The notes under the pieces are model-generated. The model was not told where the DNA came from. It ran no database searches and saw only the letters and a program-made list of their open reading frames with translations. A stretch of 61,249 nucleotides of DNA, counting the filler, from Sphacelaria rigidula (Eukaryota), in NCBI GenBank assembly GCA_964200075.2. It is 9 parts of 9 records of this genome, joined end to end, with 100 filler letters (N's around TTAATTAATTAA, not from the genome) between each part and the next. Parts side by side here need not be neighbours in the genome. Positions count along the whole stretch, not along the records: positions 20,452 to 27,168 come from CAXNAA020018447.1; positions 27,269 to 33,985 come from CAXNAA020018448.1; positions 34,086 to 40,801 come from CAXNAA020018449.1; 6 more parts are not named here. One strand, given 5' to 3'. Within the stretch, counting starts at the first letter, position 1, and each line of letters opens with the position of its first letter. Both the position numbers and the translations under genes were made by a program. This document shows positions 25,303-40,156 of this stretch, piece after piece.

Positions 25303-27084
25303 ACAAAAAGGTAAAATATTGATACGGTGGAAGATAATATGTGGAGAGTTACCGGCAAAAAAGACTTTTCCCGAAAACGGAAATATTATACAAATATCAG
25401 GATGCGTTTTAGCTGGAAACATCCCAGATGGATGGTATTATTGAGAGTGGAATTTTAAATTATGTATCAGAGTGGAACGTATGCAGAAAACGGTTTGCCG
25501 AAAAAAGATCGTTTGAGTTCTCTACGGACTCTGGTGTTAACTGTCATCTCGTACATGCATGCTTCAATTTGGAAGGTTTTGGAGCATCTAGAATAGTTCG
25601 AATCGTCATTGTTTCAAAGACGTTATGCACAAGCATCAGAAACGTTAGAAGTGTCGGGGATATTCCGAATGATCACAAAATGCATTATTATGTTGATTAA
25701 AAAAAACGGTAGAAAATTCTGAGCAATATCCCAACACTTGGTGAAGACAACATCGATCAATACACAATACCTCCAAATCACGACGGTATCCTTCATTACG
25801 CTCAATGAGCGCAACCCATACCCTGTCTCGAATTCGACCGCCGAGCATACTTGAAACGAAGACCTGCAGTGGCTCTACCCGAACCCCCGGGGCCCTAAAG
25901 CACTCAGCAAAAGCCGCGGCAACCGTGTGTTTCTACAACTGCCCTGTAATCACAACCGGACTCACGAGCCTGCCTGCAACGAACTACGGCAATGACTGCA
26001 TCGACCGCGGACGAGAACTTTCGTGGCATCTCTGAGGCTCCTCCCGCAAACTCGACCGCTCGAGCAACTGCACCCCATGAGAGGATTTCACTTTCCCCAA
26101 TGTTTACCAGCAGTCATCATCCAGCTTGTTACTGAGCTTGGCTTGGTCCCCACGAGAAGCAGACTCTCTCTCTCCGGCACGTAAGCCTTGTGTGCCTAAA
26201 ACTATAGTACTACGTTAAGGATATAGACAATCTCGTTCATATGTTTTCCTTCTTCATGCGTTTGACAACACCCCCTTTCTCTCCCACTCCACCACCCCCT
26301 TTCTCTCTGTCTCTATGTCTCTCTCTCTCTCTTTTTCTTCTTTCCTTGAGTATTCTTATAGCGGTTGCTCCCGATTTACACACCATTGGTACATCTATCG
26401 TGTGTCCATCCCGGAATCCGTAGTGGATAGGGCAAGAAGGTGCAATGAGCGATGAATGAATTGAATAATCATTCAAATATAGGCTCATCAATCAATCGAC
26501 CAATCGGCTCATCGATAACCCCTCGAGGCGTGTCAGTCCGTGGCCTCAGGGGAGCAACGCAAATTTCCTCCGCTACACTTGTACCTGGCTAGCAATTCAC
26601 AGTCAAAGACAGGATGGTGGCCGCCGGATAATGACCACTCCAACAGCCTGTCGAGTTTTCGTTCATCGCATGTGTTGCTTACTTGACGTCTCGCGCATTC
26701 CATTGCAGCGACGAGAAAGATAAAACATCATTGTCTCGATTTGAACTCACGAACCCGCCCAAAGGTAACTGGGGTACGTCTATCTTGTGGATAATGACCA
26801 CTGTTGGATCATGACTCCTCGGGGATCCTTTGATATTTGACATGCGACAATCAATCAAGCATATCAATCCACCCGAACTGACTGATGATGTACCTGCTGC
26901 TTTGATCACCAGGGTACCGTGCTTGCTCACGCCACAGGAAATATTTTCCTCATGCACCCCCCCGTCCCTACCCCTCCATTCCAAGTAGAGTGTGTTATAG
27001 TAATGAGTTTCACTTCGTAGTCGACCTTGGCCGTTCATCTTCTAGTATCATACCGCAACTTTAATCTTCAAACTTGATCTCATA

Positions 27085-27168
27085 CATACATGTATACATA
27101 CGAAGTACATACATACATACAAATATACATACATACAAATATACATACATACATACATACATACATAC
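27085..27168. repeat. (ACAT)n microsatellite at contig end
   Basis: Seen directly. Confidence 0.95.
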
Positions 27169-28469
27169 NNNNNNNNNNNNNNNNNNNNNNNNNNNNNNNN
27201 NNNNNNNNNNNNTTAATTAATTAANNNNNNNNNNNNNNNNNNNNNNNNNNNNNNNNNNNNNNNNNNNNTGTCAAACTCCGCCTGGCTCTCTTTGTGCGCG
27301 TAAAACGGCGTGAAAGCTCCAAAAAGGCACTTTTCCAGATTTTTATTTTTGTCTATTATAAGGAGCGGCCTGATGATGGGGAAAAACCGCATGTACGGTA
27401 GAGTAGCAGCAGCAGCAGTACAGAGATAGTACAGAAGGAAGTGCAGTCGAGACGATGTGACTTGCGTGCAAGATTACAACGCGCTCGAGGCGGGCTAACC
27501 CTGCCCCGAGAGTAGACTGTGTTCAGTGGAGAACGATGTCGGCATAAGCCTCATGCCTCGGCGCACAGAGAGCAACGACGGTCTGGCCATTCACACTCAA
27601 CACCATGTAAACAAACACCACCGGAATATTGAGACCCTAGCCACACTGACAACACCAGTCAGGTACACCTAGAGAACCGAGTGCATGAGTGTAGGCTAAA
27701 CTGACGCGATGAGTCAGATATACTCGTATAGCGACAACCAAACTAGTCAAGGTCAAAGACGAGTTCTCAACACCCGCTGGAAGTTGCAGCAAAGCGCAGA
27801 TTTATGTTCAGAGGTATCGTGCATTGAATGCGCATTTCTCACATAGGTCTGTGATAACACGCGCCGACACAAACATGACGTACCCATCACACGAAAGACT
27901 CAGGTTGACTTCACTTTGGATAACTGGAAGAGAAGACTGGAGTTCAAGAGAACGAGAACACTCAAATATGCGAAGACAACTGAATCTGTTGGGAGCGAAG
28001 CTCACTGCCTGCAACACTCTATGAGACCAATCTGATCATGCTCTCATATTTCGTTGCGGGCTACTTACACCAAAGATACGATTTTATTCAGTGCAGCTAC
28101 GTGTACGTGTATCCAGAACACTTATATCGTGTCTGGGACACATTCACCAACCTGGGAATCAACCGTTTCAGCACCCTCCCTTGTTCGCATATTGATGGGA
28201 ATATTCCTACGTTCGATCAATTATCAAAAGCACGCCAATAGGAATGTCGGAACACAATGCCGACTAAACTCTGTTTGAGTGCAGGCCCGGACAAGAAACG
28301 GGGCACGCCCAGCAATAAACCATATTTTCCTCCAGCACTCGCGAAAAGTCGTCACAAATAAATAGAACTCGGCGGAGACGTTTCCCTCCCCCACTTCGTA
28401 CTATTATTATTATTATTATTTCTTTAATTTGTCGCACTTTGATATGGTGGGATAAGCACAATATACATG

Positions 28470-31400
28470 ACCCCCTTCTCAACAGTAAACTATTGAAAAG
28501 CAAAGTACGTCTCACGGTAGTCGCGAGCACTGGATCCAACAATCCATGGATAACCCTTTTGCAGCCGTTGATGGAAAAGTGAGGATTTACAAACTCCCAT
28601 ATGCGAGCTTTCGTCACCGCAGAAACGTCACTTTCGAGTTCAGTGCACGAATCTGTCACATTAGTGTACTTGAAATTAGAGTGGTGCACCGTTCTGATGG
28701 GCTGCATCATTTACAGTTGCAGAAAAGCAACAACCATATCTTGCCCAAGAAAATGTCAACTGTAAGTCTTCACTCTTCCAACGGTTCCAAAAGGGTCAAA
28801 AACAGAAGTGTTGTGTTTTACCAGGTGTCCAAGGGACAATCCAAACATCTGCTTCGAAAAAGCGTCAGTTGTAGTGCAGAACGAAAAATTCAGTCGTAAG
28901 ACATTCACGCTTCAGTGATCGAAACTCGAATCAGGAAGTTAAAAAAACTCACCACCCTTTCCGGTGAATGATGGCTTGTTACTTACTGCATGTACCACAA
29001 CGTTCCACGAAGCGCAAACCACCATAGCAAAAAAAAGCCAAGTTCATACCTGGTGTACCCACTTCAGCCGAAGGTGTAACGCTTCAAAGCCTTCATCTCT
29101 CTAGGGCGCGATCAGTGTTTGACTACTCAAAGCGCATTACGTACCACGCGCTATCGAAGTTGACGATAAAGGCCATATTTTGCACTGCGAATGAATCGCC
29201 CTCGTCACACGAATAACTATGTGCTCGGCAGAATTTGTTGTTGTAGCGAAATATCGAATGAAACGTAGTGTCGAAATAATTGGAAAAAAGACGAACCCGC
29301 AACATCAACTGCGCAGTTGTACATTTCGCTGATTAAAAAAAAGAATGTACGCAACTACCCAGACCGTCAAATATGATGAGAATCGTGAAAAATCATCAGC
29401 TTGAGACGAAACCCTGTCATCAATCAATCAAGTCCCTGGCGATCAAAACACATGCGTGCATTGATCTCAACCATGCATACTCCGTACGACCTTGCAGTCG
29501 CTTGGGATAGCGTAACATAACCTGATTTTCACCGATGCGGGAATGATTGGATATATCGACACCCCTCCTTGATCTGGACAACCGATGAAGGATAATGAAA
29601 GGGAAGTCAGTCGACGGGTGCCAAACCCTTTCATACTATGCCATCAGGCGCACCAGAGTGATTTCATCTGCGTCGCGATATGCTTCACAAGCTTTGAAAT
29701 ATGTCATCTCTCGACTCCGGTACCATGCTTCAAAGAGGAAGCCGATCGCATTTAATGCCTCAGCCGTGGCAAAATATGTAAACCACTGCCTACTCCCCCC
29801 TAGTCAACCACAGCTGGAGGATGTCTCAACAGGGCGCAATCAAAACGGCAAACAAGATCACCCCCCCACACACACACACACGCCCTCCCAAGATGACGAG
29901 CTACGGGCAAAAATAAAATTCACGTTCATTTTCCCCACCCTTTCACGCAAGGGGAACGGGGAATCCATGATGCGAACCGCATCAGTCGGCGACCTTGTCA
30001 GCAGGAGTCGGTACCCATTTTCGTTGACCACCAGAAGTCGGCCACCACTACCAGGGTGTATCATATCGCATCGCAAGAGCACCTATGCCGTGAAGACCAA
30101 AATTTTACCGTTGAAGTCCCGGGAGAATGATAGACGGCAAACATGGTGCATGCGTATCAGTTTCCACAATCAAGCACATGTACATCTTGCCACGGTATTT
30201 CCGAAACAGCACTCGCAGAAGAAGGGCGCTCGAGCAGGCGGGCCAGTCGAGTTGAAGGTACAACTTCTCTGCCTAGTATAGTGACCAGTGTTGGCCTTCA
30301 CTCACAAGTCAATGTAGATCCATCCCCTCCATGTTTCGGTCGTCTCACCTCACAATCAGTTGCGGGTCAACAACACTACGATCACCTGCAGCAATTCACC
30401 AGTACCCAAAACAAGTGGGCGTCTCCGATCTGAACCGGAAAATAGTATCCTTTGGAACGGGAGCAACACGAATCGTCAACCACATGATGAACCTCACGAG
30501 ATCGACAGCATCAGTTTGCTGACGCGTACGCTCATCGAACCTGCAACGTGTAACCGTAAATATTCATGGCTCAAGATGGAAACAAAATTCAGAACGGAAA
30601 TGTGACGCTCTCTCCGCACCGGCCCGAAACATCGATGAGAGCTTGAGTTATGGCAGCAACGCACTCAAACGATATGATTTCTCCGCAATTAGCCCGCATG
30701 AAACAGAGGGCACCGACGGCCACCATCACTGAATATTTCGTCTATTCATCCCGGAAAACGGACAAACCACACTGTCGCAGAGTCGCACTCGTTCCTCCCC
30801 TAATTTTCAGATAATCATGAGCGCTGGGAATTGAGGGGGGAAGGTCCATAAATCTACTATCTGATGAGCACGTCGGAGAAATCGAGAACATGTAGTGATC
30901 GTTTTTTACTCCTCCGCAAACGTTCGATATATTGCATATGCGGATGGAAACCCGGTGGAGCCACCGAACCTGAAACGTCTCTGAAGTTTACTGCATTACT
31001 ATGCTGAGCAGCAACTCATGATGAACCATCAGTAGCTTGGCACACCATAATGACGTCATACGACAGCGATCACTCCAAAACGCCCATGGTTTCAAGCTCA
31101 GCAAAGTATATCAGCCTTGATGCCAAACAGGCAGTCAATCGTACAGCTGTTTGTATGGTATTCCGATACTTTGAATCCTAGCATCCAACAAAACTTAGCA
31201 ACAAACAGTCGGTACACAAAAACATGACAATACTCATCATGCGGTTAGCGTCACTGCATCTATCATTGGAAAATAATTAATTACACGTCATCATTAAAAG
31301 ACCATCATTTAAAGTCGCGCACATTTTCGAACTTCCCGTACCCGATTGTGTTTTCCTCTCTCCAAAGGGAAGGTGTGCCCTCTTTCAAAACCGACAGGTC

Positions 31401-33400
31401 TTCCACGTGGCGTGTACCACGTGTGACATAGTACAAGGCTCTATCTATTCCTTGTCCGTAATCCCGGCTACTGACCCATCCCAACCTTGTGAGACATCGT
31501 ACATGCCGAGAAGACTAGAGACGATGTCTTCTTTGACCTCATCGGAGTACACAGCAAATGTAAGCGAGCAAAATCCCGGGCCTGAGTCATCCTGCGTTTC
31601 CGTTTCCGTCTCTGTCGTAGTTAGGGAAGCTCGTCCTACATCCTGCTCTCAGCTCTCGTCTGCTTCGGTGGTCTGTGACGAAATTACGCCGTTACGTTGA
31701 GTTGGTAGTGATGGTCTGGATAATGACCGGGGATACGGGGATTCTGGGAGGATTCTAGGAGGATTCTGGATAATGACTGGGGACACGGGGATTCTGGGAG
31801 GATTCTAGGAGAATTCTGGATAATGACCGGGGACACGGGGATGATACCCTGACGGTTCAATGAGGCTGTGCCTGCAAGGACACTCCAGAAATGAAATATT
31901 GTACAGGCTGATAGCTGATACTGAGATCAGTGCGACTGGCGAGTCCCTCGAACAGCAGTGATCCAGCACTTCTTCTGACAGGCGTCACAATATGGGTTCA
32001 AGCTGAGGTAGCTGCAGAAAGGTGGCTGGCCTCAACAAAGGAGACATCATTCGGACGATTGTCGATCCTGTCATTTCACCATCAATGACCAAGAAGTGTC
32101 CTGATTCATCCGTTACGTCCCTGGCAACACACGAACTCTCAACAATATTAACGCTACCACGCATGACCTCAGACGACACCCCTACAAAGCGCATCCCGAC
32201 CGGTGGGCACCCTGTCTGAAACCGACGGCACAATGCCGTCGCTCACCTCCCCATGCTCAACCGAACCGTTCTCTGGGTTTCCGGTCGGTGTCGCACCTGC
32301 GTGAATCGTCACGGGTTCATGTCCCCCTGGGGGTACACCTTTACTGGTTACTGTCAAGCGTGGGACGTCTACAATCTCGTGCATTTCCGAACGTTGTTGT
32401 TAACGAACTACCCATCCTCTCGTGTCTTTTATTTCCAGACTCGGCCACCTGACCAGCCTCGGCCCATTTTGTCAGGAGCATCCACCCCTTCAGCTAAACC
32501 TCCATCGTACTTGCAACGAATCGGCTGAGCGCATACCCTGCCAACAAACCACCGTATGCCACAAATGGGCGGGAAAATACCCTCATTCCTCCCACTGGGA
32601 ATCCGTTAGGCGAAGTGTATCAGCCCTCAAGCCCTCATTGCGCCTTAACCCCTTCTTACCTCCGAAGCTGCGGTGGAAAAATTCTTACACGACTGGCGTA
32701 GACTTTGGTGCATAGACTTTGGTACCACCCCCGCTTCCGCGAACCACGGGGGAAAGGTTTGGAGTTGATACCCTGCCAAACCAACCACATCTCTCGAAGG
32801 TGTCACAATCTTTTCGAAGCGATAGAGCCCCAACTGTCTTTTCGAAGCGATCGCACGCGCGACTTTGCTGTTCGGGTTGTTCAAAGGTCGGGCTAAAACT
32901 CCGCAGTAAACACTCGTTGTTCTCGCTCAAACTTTGTCGACGACAAGACCGCATATAAAAGGAAGAATCGAACTGCACGGAACTAATCATGACGGGTCAA
33001 AAATCGTCAATGCGAAGAACTCGCAGAAGACACTGATCCTGTGCAACGTCAAAACTCGAGCGTTGCGTGCACAGGAGACACCACGCCTCAGGGAATAGCG
33101 GCTGGTATGTTGCGCGGGAGAACTCACAATCAATGCGCTCGACGCCTCATACTTCGCCAGACCATCACACTCCGCGCCCACAGGGCGCAAATAAGCGATG
33201 TACCCAGGGGCACTTGCGCGGCACTGTAGTCTACAATCTTGTGGGCCCAGGTCTGACTTATATAGAGGAAACAAAGCATGCTCCCGCAATAAATTTGGTA
33301 GGGGCTCTGAACCCGAGCTGCCTTTTGTTACATTAGTCCTCCCTTCACCGGAAAATGGCCTTTTTGCATTCGAGAGTACCGATTTGGGGTGATCAAGACG
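28470..33400 (-). mobile_element. Highly decayed Ty1/Copia-like LTR retrotransposon fragments (probably more than one element)
   Basis: Weak minus-strand remnants in Copia order: integrase/SH3-like (~32400-33250 and ~30450-30580), RT-like SRQWFTYF..LNAIGF (~29740-29800), and PPT-like GAGAAGGGGG before TG at ~28470. Confidence 0.45.
31716..31842. repeat. ~50-bp tandem repeat, ~2.5 copies
   Basis: ctggataatgac(c/t)gggga(t/c)acggggattctgggaggattctagga(g)att repeated. Confidence 0.9.
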
Positions 33401-35397
33401 AACTATCAAAAAGGCAGTCCAGGAACGGCATCTGCGCTGTCGAGATGGTGGAGATGGGGAGAATTTGGGGCTTACACGGGTAAAGTATGGCGTCGTTAGC
33501 GTCGAATGAAGTTTCAGCACTTCGACCGACGGGTCCTGGCCATTTCATCATTTTTATTGTGATCAACTTGCGGGCTAATGTTGTTGTTTTTTTTGTTTCG
33601 GCTGTTTCAGCACATTCCAGACGTCATCAAAGAGTCGAAAATTCAACACATTGTACGTTGGACCACAAGAAAACATCTTCAATACCTCGGCGATACCTCG
33701 AGCGGAAGTCGGGGCTTTTTCAAGGGATATGAAGGTAGCAGTGCCTGAGGATGGTATCCACCCTTTTATCCTATCGAAAATGAACGATGATACTCCTGAC
33801 TATTCTAGGGGTACATCGTAGGGGCGTTGATATTTCGACGACACCTCTCAGGCGTTCAGGGGCATCATGTAGTTCGCCAACAAACGGTTAGGATGTCGAG
33901 TAACCCCCCCCCGTGTCTCTATTTGGAGTAGGAACGGTGCTCCGTCTCGAAAGGGATGCGTGGTCAATGGTCAAACGACTAAGGCNNNNNNNNNNNNNNN
34001 NNNNNNNNNNNNNNNNNNNNNNNNNNNNNTTAATTAATTAANNNNNNNNNNNNNNNNNNNNNNNNNNNNNNNNNNNNNNNNNNNNTTGCCGGGTAAGAGT
34101 ATGAAAGTCAGAAGTTGCAGAACCATTGGGTATCGGTATGAAAGTCTTACAGAATACACAGAATTATCGAGTACGGGTAGTCCCCGAGAAAATACCCGGA
34201 AGCCGTATCCTGCACAATACAATCTTGAAAATATATTTTTGGTAAGATTCAAACAGGGCGTTACAGACACTAACGTGCTTGTGAATTGACCTAGCAAACA
34301 CATTTCTACTGTGTCGAAAAGACAGGTCTTCAACGCACACTTTGAGCTTCTTCCGATAAAATCATCAAGACTGTTGGTTTCAGAAGCTCATCATTTGCAT
34401 CCGCTCTACCAGCGGACCCCCCTGTCTGCATAGTGGTCAATGTGGTGTAGCCATGCTAACAGCGTGCTGAATTGTTATGCGGACCCACAAAAGGCGGGTA
34501 TCCCCTCGCTCGAAAACAGATATTCAAACATTTGATACGTTTCCTTACACTCGCACTATATTTTTTTTGCATTCAAACGCTCGCTGTTACGGGCTCGGTA
34601 TTCAATCGTACCACGTCGGGGGTATTTTCAGCACTTTCGGGGCGTTTTTCATCCTGAGGTCTGGCTTCCCGGACCACACTTCTTCGAGATATGATCATGC
34701 GCCCACGGAGACAAATCTCAGAGCGATTTCCCTTTCACCTCCACGTCCTGTTTTGATATCGAGACCGGCGGTTCAAAATGAACGAAATGGCAAGTGGTTA
34801 TTCTACCAAAAAATCACACGACGGGGAGTAAAGCCGAGCCACCTGACAAAAAAGAACGTCCAGGAGAACGAAGCATCGATCTTGATTTTTCCCAGTAACT
34901 CCAGATTTTTTTCTCGTGGCAAACCTAGCCCGGTTACCCCGTTCTCATGAGGGAAACGCCTCAACCTTCAGAAATGCCCCGTATCGTAGTACGCTATGAT
35001 TTCGATTCCCAGAAAATTCGGTCTCAGATCGAAGGAATGAGGAGGAGGGGAGTGTTGCTCTGTCGCCCAAGCCTGTCTTCTCCGACTCGAGATCTCGTGC
35101 TCCGCGTTCTGTTGACAAAGTTTTCGTCTCGTCCAGAACAGTGGTTACGGTTCATCAGACCCTATAATTTCTCATTAATGCCTCGCACTTCAGCCCGAGG
35201 GCGGGCTTTATGTTGTTCACGGCAAGCTCTTCGCGCCCATTCCGTACATGCGCAAAATGAGGTGTAGGAAGTAGCTGGTGTGTATTTATTTAGCTCGCTC
35301 AGACTACGTTTCCCCTCAGATTACAGCCCGCGCACTACAGCTAATAATCGTCCTCATCGTATCATCTCAACACGTATTCGAGAGTAAAATGTTTCAG

Positions 35398-36139
35398 TTT
35401 CTGCGTCCGTGTCCGTATCCTGTTTCACCCATACGCGCGCGCGGAAGGCCTTTGTTCTAGCGCCCGGAACCCCCGCCGCAGGCTCCCTCAGCACCACCCG
35501 ACACCGCACCTGGCACCGTCCCCAAGAACACACAGCCACGCGTAGACCTGGTGGCACAACACTTGAAGCGTCGATGCTACCCTTGCCGCATGGCTCCGCA
35601 CAACGAAGACAATCCACATCACCGACAGTCGCAAACGCGTCGCGATCGCAACACCGATTACGCGTGCACACAGATGATTCCTCGGTCACAACCTCCGCTC
35701 CTCTTCCGTCAGCGAGCGACAGCAGTACTTCTACCCCGCCCTTTGCGCGGGGGCCTCACACCGAAATATTTGATTCCGCCGAAGACACAACGGCAACAGA
35801 GCACCGCGCGCTGCTGGAAGGAAAGGACGCATTAGTAGACAAAGAAGAAGAACAAAGCCGGGCAGCACATCATCAGGAGCAAAGCGAACCAGAGCCAAAA
35901 ACAGGAGCAGCAGGAGGAGGAGCGTTCGCGGCAGCAGCAGCAAGAGCGCTGTCGTCACGTAATTTAGGGGAACTCTCGGGTGGTACCGGAGGAGGACCCA
36001 TGAGGCGGGGGAGCATGATGGACAACGCTCCCGCGCAGACCGTGTCTAGGAATGGGCATTACACCGCTGTATTGGTCGTGCCGACGGGGATTGGTGCAGC
36101 TATCGGGGGATACGCCGGTGATGCTCTACCCGTGGCCAG
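35398..36139 (+). CDS. DUF3326-family protein, exon with long N-terminal extension (5' boundary tentative)
   Basis: Open frame ending YTAVLVVPTGIGAAIGGYAGDALPVA-R, the DUF3326 N-terminal signature. Donor AG|gtcaga, phase 2. Tentative acceptor tttcag at 35397. Confidence 0.8.
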
Positions 36140-37030
36140 GTCAGAGTTGGAGTGGGCTTCTCATGGGTCGGATTCTTAAAAAATGGATTGATTCGATCGG
36201 TTGGTTCATTGAATGTATCTGTGGAAGCCGCTCTTGTGAGTGTACGGAGTGGTTATTTGCATGACACGTAAGCCTGAGATGAGGCCCGTCCAAAGAGCTG
36301 CTCCAACCGTGGACTGTTCGAGAGACCCAAAACTCTCATCCCTGTACCGGCGAATTTACGGGACCCTAGGTAGCAGGTCTCGTCGGTGGAAAGAAGCTCA
36401 AAGTAAGGAGAGCCATCGTCGAGCCTGGGGATTCACGAGTATCTTGTGCCCGGTGCAGATTGACTCCAACAGCCTATCACCCAGATCATAAACCTGTCCT
36501 TGCCTGAATATCAAGGGAGAAATTACGCCCGGCTTTGGAGATCCTTCGGGAACATCCGCCCTCGTGAACAATGGCGAACTAGCGGCTCCACACATCACAG
36601 ACTGATCCGCGACAATGTAGAGAAGTTTGTCGTTACTTTTTTTATATATTACAGGGTCCGACGAATCATCGCCAGTTCGAATCGAATCCCCGATTTCTGG
36701 GGCCGGATGGCTCGAAAGAGATGAAAAACAAATTGACCGCGGGTAGAGAAATTCTGTACGCACAAATCGCGCTATCCCACGTGCCTTGGGTGCGGATGCC
36801 TGGGGAACGGTGCAACGCTGGATGGAGACGAAGCCCAAGGATGATTCGTACAGCACGAATCAATTACACTAACAGCAACTAATTTTCAGACGAATCGTTT
36901 TTCGTCCGGTCCTCGTGGACATTTTCACCGTAGCATGAATTACTCCCACAGGCGTTCATTCGTCCTCCCGTTCTTGTTTGCTTCTTCATTGCTGTTCCTG
37001 GACTTTTTTTGGTGTTCAACAATTCCCTAG

Positions 37031-37159
37031 GGTCATGTCGTCTGTCGTGGACAACCTCGTCACGCACCCGAATGTGATGAACGGTGCCATGCTGTACTGG
37101 CCGGAGCCGGGGATGCAGTACGTCGAGGGTTACGCGTTGGACGAATTCTGTGCGGGAAG
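37031..37159 (+). CDS. DUF3326-family protein, next exon (remaining exons not found)
   Basis: ctag|G GTC...GGA AG|gtatgg: VMSSVVDNLVTHPNVMNGAMLYWPEPGMQYVEGYALDEFCAG (THPNV.N and YVEGY.LD.F motifs). Phase matches the previous exon. Confidence 0.9.
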
Positions 37160-37479
37160 GTATGGATGGGAGTCCCTTAAGTGTTCCTCCCAATCTGCCG
37201 GTTTGCGTAGATGGCGCCGTGTTACGGGCACCTGTCTGAACGCACAACGTTGCAGCGTATGCAGAGCTCATGGTTCCGATATTATACGGTTCGAGTTGAG
37301 TATTTTTTGCCTCGAAGGCTAATATTTTTGGTGTCCGAATGAATACTCCGCATTTTCGGACGAATCAGAGTTCATACGGGTTGACTCCGCATAAATATTG
37401 AGTGCACATCATGTACCAAACAATCATCCGGTGTGAATCAAGGATGGTGAAGTTGTACGTTCAAGGCCACGCCGCGAGA

Positions 37480-38111
37480 ATCACGAACTGAGAATGTGTA
37501 CGCTCCAAGAAGTGCCACACAAAATTCAGAGTCCACCATATGTACGAATCACAGTTCCCGTACGAATCACTGGTGGGACAAAATGACACTTGATTCATGT
37601 CGTATATGAGTGGAATGTGTGACACATGTGCGTATAATTCATGCTGCATGAAAGGAAAATGGGGAACATGTACGGGTAATTCACCTCGTATGAAAAGAAG
37701 TCGGAGAACATGTTTTTATGATTCATGCTGCATGAACGAAAATGAGGGAGCATGCAAGCTTAATTCACCTCGTATGCATATCAGGTGGGGAACATTTACA
37801 TGTCATTCATACTGCGTGAATTGGAAGGGGAGAAATACGTACCTGTGACTCATGCCGTATGGATGGAATGTGGAAAACGTGTACAGTTGATTCATGCTGC
37901 ATGAACGGGAGGTGAACAAGAGCATATGTGATTCATGCTGCATGAATAAAAGGGGAGAAGTATGCACCTATGATCTTTGCCGTATAAATGGAGGGTTTGG
38001 CACTACCGTTGTCTGCTGTCTACTGTCTGCTGCTCAGATTGTACAGTACTATGCTGTGCTGCTCCTGTATTGTCCTGTACTGCCTAACGTCTCCAGTGTG
38101 CGCTGCCAGAG

Positions 38112-38144
<33 letters not shown>

Positions 38145-39490
38145 TCTCCACATTAAAAACCGTTCCGATATCTGCGCGGTACATTCGTACTGGGTGTCTG
38201 ATGCGGACGCCTCCCGTGGTCACAGGCTAGCAAGAAAAATAAAAAAATAAAGTAGACCCAAATTAAAACTCACAAAACGCAATACAAGCAAAACAGGGAT
38301 AAATAATAAAGAGAGTACATATGGCTAACCTCAGAAGATCCGGTGCCACAAGTGGCCATTCGGACTTCAGGGGGTGGCACCCGGCTTTCCAACTCGACGC
38401 GCGACACCAAGTAGAAATTAACACAGGGTCCGATAACGAGCGAGACTCAAGGCCCCAAATACCGCCAACCAAAGGACTAAGTGCTTCTCGAAACTCATGC
38501 GAACATGCGGGGATGACGCTTTCGGCTCTGGTGCTGTCTGAATCTACCTTCGTACTGTTTTGTATTTTTTGAGGTCAACTGTACCGCAGAACAAACATGG
38601 AACCACAGAGAGGCTATCAATAGCTCAGCTTCGGAGAAGAAACAGCCGGAATTATCGCTCTGGGGGCACGCAGATGCATGCTGTGCTGTAGTATGTTGTA
38701 CCGTACTGTCTCGTGCTGCAGTGTATGCCGCTGGAGTTTCCCGAGAACTCCTGCGAACATGCGGGGACGACTCGCGCTGGTGCTGTCTTCGCAGGTTATC
38801 GGGGTGTTATACGCAGTATATATCAGGCCAGCTCTGCCTCAAAACAAAATATGGAACCACAAAGGCCGTCAACAGCACCTGTAGGGAAACTAAAGTAGCC
38901 AGGAGAACCGTTCCGGGTACGCAGACGCGTGTGTCTTACTTCTGTATGTATGATATGTTGTGTTGTACGTGTGAGTCCAATGTTTGAAATTGAGTTTGTT
39001 GTGGATTAGTTGAGGCGTTCGCGACCTGCACGCGCTTATTTGCCTTCCCCACCCGCAGAAAGGCCTCGGCGTCGAAGAGTCGCCCCCACGAAATGGTAGG
39101 TGGGAGACATGTTTCCATGATTTATGCCATATGAATGGACGGTGGGGAACATGTAAGCATAATCCATGCTACAATGGAAGGGTACGTACCAGCATGTACC
39201 CATGATTCGCTCCGTATGAATGAAAGGGGGGGGAAGATGTGCGTATGATTCATGCTGCATGAATCGAAAGGGGAAAACATGTGACTGCGATTGATGCCGC
39301 ATGAATGGAAGAGGAGAAACACGAACCTATGATTCATACCAGGCGAATGGAAGCTAGGAAACATGTGCCTTCGACGGTGTACCGCACGAATCACGACCCC
39401 AAAACATGCACGTGTACGAATCACAATTTGTGTACGAATCGTATGATTCGTGCGAGTGTTGAATGGGACGAATCGTTTTTTTAAACGTTC
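37480..39490. repeat. Intronic repeat with ~42-bp gattcatgc(t/c)gcatgaa minisatellite blocks (~37585-37990 and ~39100-39365), split by an insert with (GTT)n and a ~255-bp direct duplication (~38480-38930)
   Basis: Periodic gattcatgctgcatgaa..gaagggg.gaacatgt; acgaatcac clusters at both ends; duplicated gcgaacatgcgggga.gac..ctggtgctgtc. Confidence 0.7.
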
Positions 39491-40156
39491 GAACCATGGA
39501 ATAATTACACTTGAAACAATATGGTTCTTCATGTGGGTGCCTTTTTGTGTTTCCCCACCAATAATGGGTGTTTCGTTTTTCCCTGATTTCTTCTTTTTGT
39601 CGCGTCGTTATGCTGTGGTCCATGTGCACAAGATAATATTGTTTTCTTATGAGCAGCTGTTCAGCTGGCTCTTGTATTAGAAGGCTTGTCCGGAATACGC
39701 GCCTCAACACACCTACCTCCGACCTTAAAAGGACGAAAAGAGGGGGGATAAAAAAACACTTCAAGTGTGAATTACATTCCACACGTTCCCAGGGCGTCAT
39801 CGCTGCTGTACGGTACACGGTTTGCACACACGCACGCACCCTTCTTGCTGAATCATTTATGGAACATCGAATGGCGGCAAACGTTCATGCGTGTACTGTG
39901 ATTTACTTGCCTTTACGACTAACGTCTTGTAACAGCGGTCATGCTTCCCCCCCATACTTGCCCACGGACGACGAACCCGGGCCGTTCGATCAAGATCGAT
40001 AGAGTTTTACAATAGCGTAAATATGTTTGTATTTGTCAATGTCTCATATTCTTTTATTCATCAGTGAATATCAAGCTTTTTCCCGCCCCGCTCCCTAAGG
40101 TTCTGACACCAACGTCTCGCAAGACTGTGGTGAAAATCTGATTCGTAGGTACTGTA

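Noticed and set aside
29595..30281. 228-aa plus-strand ORF
   Set aside because: No recognisable domain; it lies antisense to decayed Copia-like RT sequence and spans a CA microsatellite.
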